A stretch of DNA of 64,000 bases from Octopus vulgaris. Lineage: Eukaryota. The stretch lies in NCBI GenBank assembly GCA_951406725.2, contig OX597834.1:30876001-30940000 (forward strand). Reading direction: 5' to 3'. Shown here one piece after another: positions 58,226-64,000 of this stretch. Below the pieces are notes generated by a model that did not search any database, was not told where the DNA came from, and saw only the letters and a list, made by a program, of their open reading frames with translations. The stretch's first letter is position 1, and the number at the start of each line of letters is the position of its first letter. The position numbers were made by a program, and so were the translations under genes.

Positions 58226-59128
58226 ATATATATATATATATATATACTTACTTTTACTTTTACTTGTTTCAGTTATTTGACTGCGGCCATGCTGGAGCAC
58301 CGCCTTTAGTCGAGCAAATCGACCCCGGGACTTATTCTTTGTAAGCCCAGTACTTATTTTATCGGTCTCTTTTGCCGAACATGCGCTTGTGCGTAGCAGG
58401 CTTTTTTCAGTTTCCGTACACCATATTCCCTCACAAGCCATTAATCGACCCGGGGTTATAATAGAACACATTTACCGAAGGTACTGCGCACTGGTACCGA
58501 AACCGGAACCAACAGTTGGTTGCGAAGCGAGATTCTTTAGAACACAACCATGCATGCATCCGCGCGTGCATGCATTGATGTATGTACATATCAGGGTATG
58601 TATACGTGTGCGTACGTACGTGCGTGTGTATGAAAAAGAAAGAGAGAGAGAGAGTGTGTGACGCTATAAGTGTCATGTGATATTTACATGTCTATAAATA
58701 CGACCGGCTTTTTTCACAGTTATTAATCCGTCAAAGGAATTTCACTCGCAAGGTTTTTGTCATCCGCAGGCCATACAACAACTATACCAATAATAATAAT
58801 GATAATTATCAATGAATGAAGAAAGAGTGTGTATGATGCAGTTGTTTTCATTGACCAAACGGTTTTTTGAGTGGTCGTACTGACGTCACAGCACAGAATA
58901 ATATGAATGGTAGGAACATCACATGGAGAAGGACCGTGACATGGGAGATTTGTACTGGTGATGATGATTGTGGCCATTGACAGAATGTGTAAAGCTAGAG
59001 GGGGTACATGTGTTTGATGAAGGAAGGATAAGGGGTTGCAGGAAATAATAGGAAGAAGATGGGCCGTCGTACGATACGACTCGTGTATGTGTGAATGACT
59101 ATGTTCGTGATTTTGATGTTTTTGTTTT

Positions 59129-59129
<1 letters not shown>

Positions 59130-59200
<71 letters not shown>

Positions 59201-59959
59201 TTTTGTGCATGATTGTATATATGTGTGTGTCTGTGAATATGTGTGTGTGTGTGTCTGTGAATATGTGTGTGTATGTCTGTGAATTAGTGTGTGTGTGTGT
59301 GTGTGAATTTTTGTGCATGCTTGTATATATGTGTGTATGTATGTCTGTGAATATGTATGTGTGAATGTCTGTGAATATGTGTATGTATGTCTGTGAATAT
59401 GTATGTGTGTATGTCTGTGAATATGTGTGCGTATGTCTGTGAATTAGTGTGTGTGTATGTCTGTGAATATGTGTGTGTATGTCTGTGAATTAGTGTGTGT
59501 GTGAATTAGTGTGTGTGTGAATTAGTGTGTGTGTGTGTATGTCTGTGAATTAGTGTGTGCTTTGTGCTTGTGTGTTTGTGTATGTTGGTCTATGTGTGTG
59601 TGTGTGTGTGGTTGAATGTTTGTGTGCGCATCTCTATTGTGAGTTGTATGTGTGTGGGTATTTGTGTGTTTTTGTACGTTTGTATGCATGCCTCTGTGTA
59701 TGTGTGAGTGTGTGTGTGCGTGCATGTGTACATATTTAGGTATTACACTGAGTATGTATGTGTGTGTAAGTGTTTATGTATATGTGTATGCACAGGCGCG
59801 TCATTTTTCGTGTGTGTATATATGTGTTTATGTATACATATGCACGTGTGCGTGTGTGATTGTGTGTGATTGTGTATGACTGTGTATGTGTGTGATTGTG
59901 TATGACTGTATGTGTGTGATTGTGTATGACTGTATGTGTGTGATTGTGTATGTGTGCAC

Positions 59960-59994
<35 letters not shown>

Positions 59995-60176
59995 TGTGTG
60001 TCCATTTCCGTCTTAATGTCTGAGCATTTGTAAGTAGATAGAAAGCGCGGGAAGAGACTCGTTCGTGTGTGCGTGTTTTTTTTTTTGTGTGTGTATATAT
60101 TACTACGAATGAATGATTACGTGTGTGTGTATATGTACACGTTTATGTAAGTGTGTATGTGTGTGTGTATGTGTAT

Positions 60177-60208
<32 letters not shown>

Positions 60209-61110
60209 AGGACGAAACTACATTGCATCGTCACGTGGCAAGAAACCGTGACCGCTCGTGGTGAAAGTGTAACGGTGTATGCTGCACGCGCTGTAAACTA
60301 TGGTCACCATCGGCAATGCCACCACCACCACTGCCGCTGCCTCGGCCCATACCATCACTACCACCACCACCATCAACATCAACATCACCATCACCACACG
60401 CACAATCATTAGCACGACCATGGCCGCTGTTGCCGCTACGGCAGCTGCGTCCGCTACCTCCGCCGCCATTACGACTATGACGACGAACACCACCACCACC
60501 ACTACCACCACCACTGCAACCGACACCTTCACCACCACCACCACCACCACCACCACCATCTCCACCACCACCACCACTGCAACCGCCACCTTCACCACCA
60601 CCAACACCACCACCACAACCTCAATCACCACCACCACCACCACCACCAACACCACTGCAACCGCCACCACCACCACCACCACCACCACTGCCACCACCAC
60701 CTTCACCACCACCACCACCACCACCACCACCACCACCACCACCACCACAACCGCAATCACCACCACCACCACCACCACTGCAACCGCCACCTTCACCACC
60801 ACCACCACCACCACCTTCACCACCATCTTCACCACCACCTTCTCCAACTCCATTTTCGCAACAACAAACACCACCACATTTTCAATGAAAACCATCGACA
60901 TCACCAAGCATCACAACTACCACTTTTACTGCAGCACTAACACACCCACCACAACCACCACTATCACTACCACCACCAATACCATGACCGCCATCACCAC
61001 CACCACCACCATCGCCACCACCACCACCGTCGAAACCCTCAGCACTACGAGCATCCTTACCTTAAGCACAACCATAGCCACGCCACCCACGACAAACACT
61101 ACTCCCAGGG
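59130..61110. repeat. (TG)n-derived minisatellites and degenerate (ACC)n field
   Basis: gtatgtctgtgaatWW units (59200-59560), 24-bp gtgattgtgtatgactgtat units (59855-59950) and (ACC)n at 60320-61100. Confidence 0.92.
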
Positions 61111-61399
61111 CAACCAAGAACTGGGTCGAACTCGAATAAATTCACGGTGTAGTTATCTCCGTTCGTGTAGACCCAGGTTCGATCCCACGGGACGGTATTT
61201 TGGCAAGAGTCTTTTTGCTGTAGTCTCGAGTTGACCAATGCATTGTGAGTGGAAATGGATAACCCGAAATGGATAAGCGGAAATTGTACTGAAGCCCATG
61301 ATGTGTGTATTTATTCATACACAAGCATGCATTTGATTCTTTTCTTCTTTTCAGCCAGGGGTTGCGCCCATGCAAGAGCATCATCATAGTGTATATTCC

Positions 61400-61470
61400 T
61401 ACTCCGGTGGAGAATCGAACTCAGGTCTCCTGCGTGACGGACAGGGATACATACCACTACACAACTATAC
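61400..61470 (-). pseudogene. tRNA-Asp(GTC) pseudogene or tRNA-derived sequence
   Basis: Minus strand GTAGTGGTATGTATCCCTGTCC-GTC-ACGCAGGAGACCTGAGTTCGATTCTCCACCGGAG aligns with eukaryotic tRNA-Asp. A and B boxes are present, but the acceptor stem is broken and position 33 is C. Confidence 0.75.
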
Positions 61471-61499
61471 ATGTCCATTCCATGCATCGATCCATCCAT

Positions 61500-61835
61500 C
61501 TTCGCCGACTGTCCCTGGAAGGGTCCGGGAATAAAGTCCTCCGTAGACACCTAAGAGGTGCAACCGTCATTAGATTTGCCAGCTGGAGTTTCAAGCATGA
61601 CCAACCACTTCGTTCTTGGGCTAACTTTTACCTCTCCAGCCACTTGGCTTGGTCTGAAGAGTCTATATTTTGATTCTTCGTGCAATATTCTGACCTCATG
61701 TCCATAGTACTCGAGCTGAGACCTCTCAACGCGAAGAGGTAGTGGCTCCACCTGGAGACATGCTGTGATCTCCGAGTTACGCAACCCGTCCAGTAACATT
61801 ACTCCAGAGACCCTTTGCTGGAAACTCATTTTGGC
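61500..61835 (-). mobile_element. RTE-clade LINE fragment
   Basis: QRVSGVMLLDGLRNSEITACLQVEPLPLRVERSQLEYYGH matches the post-RT region of RTE elements (...DRVRN..IR..L.VEPL...IERSQLRWFGH). Confidence 0.7.
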
Positions 61836-61839
61836 CGCT

Positions 61840-61971
<132 letters not shown>

Positions 61972-62514
61972 ACTATCTATCTATCTTTTTTCTCCTCTTC
62001 AACTTTCACTATCTGTCTCTCTCTCCCCCTCTTTCTCCTTTACTCTCTCTCTCGTTGCTCACACACGAGACCATCGTCCATCTTTCTTTTCCTCATGCGA
62101 TCATCTTTTCTTTCAGGGCTGTCCTAAAGACTGGACGTATCGTACCTCTCTCTTCTATCTTTTTTCTTGTCAAAGAAAATATTCCTCCAGCGTTCGCTAT
62201 TTTACCCTCGTTCTGGTCTAACAACCATCCATGTTCGTTTTCGTTCAATTTCCTTGTATGTCTCCATTGTCCTGTTTTTGTTCCCAAATTTGACCCTCCA
62301 TAAACTCCAAATTTTATTTTGGTACTAATGGGAGCAACTGTCTTCGAAGACTCATATTATCGCTCAATGCTCGAAACGAAGAGTAGATAGGCATCGGACA
62401 ACTGATGAAGGGTCGTTCTTTATGTTACTTGTCCTGTTTTCCAATAGTTTCTCTCGTTTGCGTATTGAACTCATTTGTTTTCGTATTTCATGTTCTTTAC
62501 TGTTGGTGACGTTC

Positions 62515-62569
<55 letters not shown>

Positions 62570-62571
<2 letters not shown>

Positions 62572-62977
62572 TCTTTTACTCTTTTACTTGTTTCAGTCAT
62601 TTGACTGTGGCCATGCTGGAGCACCGCCTTTAATCGAGCGACTCGACCCCGAGACTTATTCTTTTGTAAGCCCAGTACTTATTCTATCGGTCTCTTTTGC
62701 CGAACCGCTAAGTAACGGGGACATAAACATACCAGCATCGTTTGTCAAGCAATGCTAGGGTGACAAACACAGACACACAAACACACACACGCATATATAT
62801 ATATATACATATATACGACGGGCTTCTTTCAGTTTCCGTTTACCAAATCCACTCACAAGGCTTTGGTTGGCCCGAGGCTATAGTAGAAGACACTTGCCCA
62901 AGGTGCCACGCAGTGGGACTGAACCCGGAACCATGTGGTTGGTAAACAAGCTACTTACCACACAGCCACTCCTGCGG
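62570..62977 (-). mobile_element. SINE family A, full length
   Basis: Complete match. Confidence 0.9.
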
Positions 62978-63129
<152 letters not shown>

Positions 63130-63846
63130 AGTTTATCTTATACATATTTATATGTATACACCGTATCAACATTCCCACACACAACTAACGAATTCAAAGA
63201 AAGCTGACGACCCATGCCACAGCATTAAAAGCAGTTGATTGATTGCCAAACGTTCTCTTTCTGACGGATGACAAACTGGTTAGCGTTTCTCTTATTACTC
63301 TCCTTCATCTCTCCATGACCATTCGTCTGCCCAGGGCGTGGAGTACACATGGACATGATCGTCAATTGGTACCGTTTAATCGACTCTCTATGAGAAGATT
63401 TATATATAAATAAATGAATGAATATATATATATAACAAAACAAAAAAATGGAACAAGAACGTAACAGGCGACAACAAAACATCCGGACAGTTAGACGATA
63501 CATAGAAGGACAGGAAAAAAATAAGGGCGGGTCATTCGGAGCCTTCTATCGTCAGTCAAGTTCCAGATCATCCCTGCAGTTTCGGCTGGTTACACTCAAG
63601 ACTTCTCCAATCTGGCCAGCCCCAAGAAAATCTTAGGTAAGAGCACTAGCTTCTTTGGAAGAAAGCAAGCGAGTGTATACGAAAACAAGGACGTAAAGAA
63701 AAAAAAACGGAGAGATGTTATACAATTACAAATACAAACAATAAGACAATAACAACAGGTGTCTTTCGACTAAAGATGAATTAAATTAAGCTGGCGTGTG
63801 TGGTGTTATATATATATATATATACATATGTATATGTATGTATGTA

Positions 63847-63905
<59 letters not shown>

Positions 63906-64000
63906 CGGTATTTTTGATAGTATGATAACAAGGGGTGACAATAATGGTGGCGATGGTAGTGGTGTTCTTGCTGTATTTGGTGTTGGTGATAGTGATGGTG

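Noticed and set aside
60300-61139. 279-aa Thr-rich mucin-like ORF
   Set aside because: Translation of a degenerate (ACC)n microsatellite that is open on both strands; no signal peptide or splice evidence.

Overview
This is eukaryotic, AT-rich, microsatellite-saturated DNA. The SINE families and repeat landscape look like an octopus (coleoid cephalopod) genome, which is an inference from repeat recognition. Nearly all ORFs in the supplied track are translations of simple repeats or SINEs. One convincing host coding exon is present at 32962-33909 (+). It encodes a type II membrane protein with a polyQ tract, one TM helix and a LAP1/LULL1 (TOR1AIP, torsin activator)-like luminal domain, but the catalytic arginine-finger position appears to be Val. 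The rest is mobile DNA: several SINE families; Dong/R4-type RLE LINE remnants, two of them abutting (TAA)n; RTE remnants; a decayed Naiad/Chlamys-type Penelope-like RT; mariner, piggyBac-like, Merlin/hAT-like and Helitron non-autonomous elements; and a tRNA-Asp pseudogene. The most notable non-coding signal is a set of at least 7 type I hammerhead-ribozyme motifs from 3 short, mostly (TA)n-associated repeat families, including a palindrome with one hammerhead on each strand. Also present are a CRISPR-looking but non-CRISPR array of six 76-bp units spaced by (TG)n, and several long fold-backs. All calls are by eye, with no database searches.
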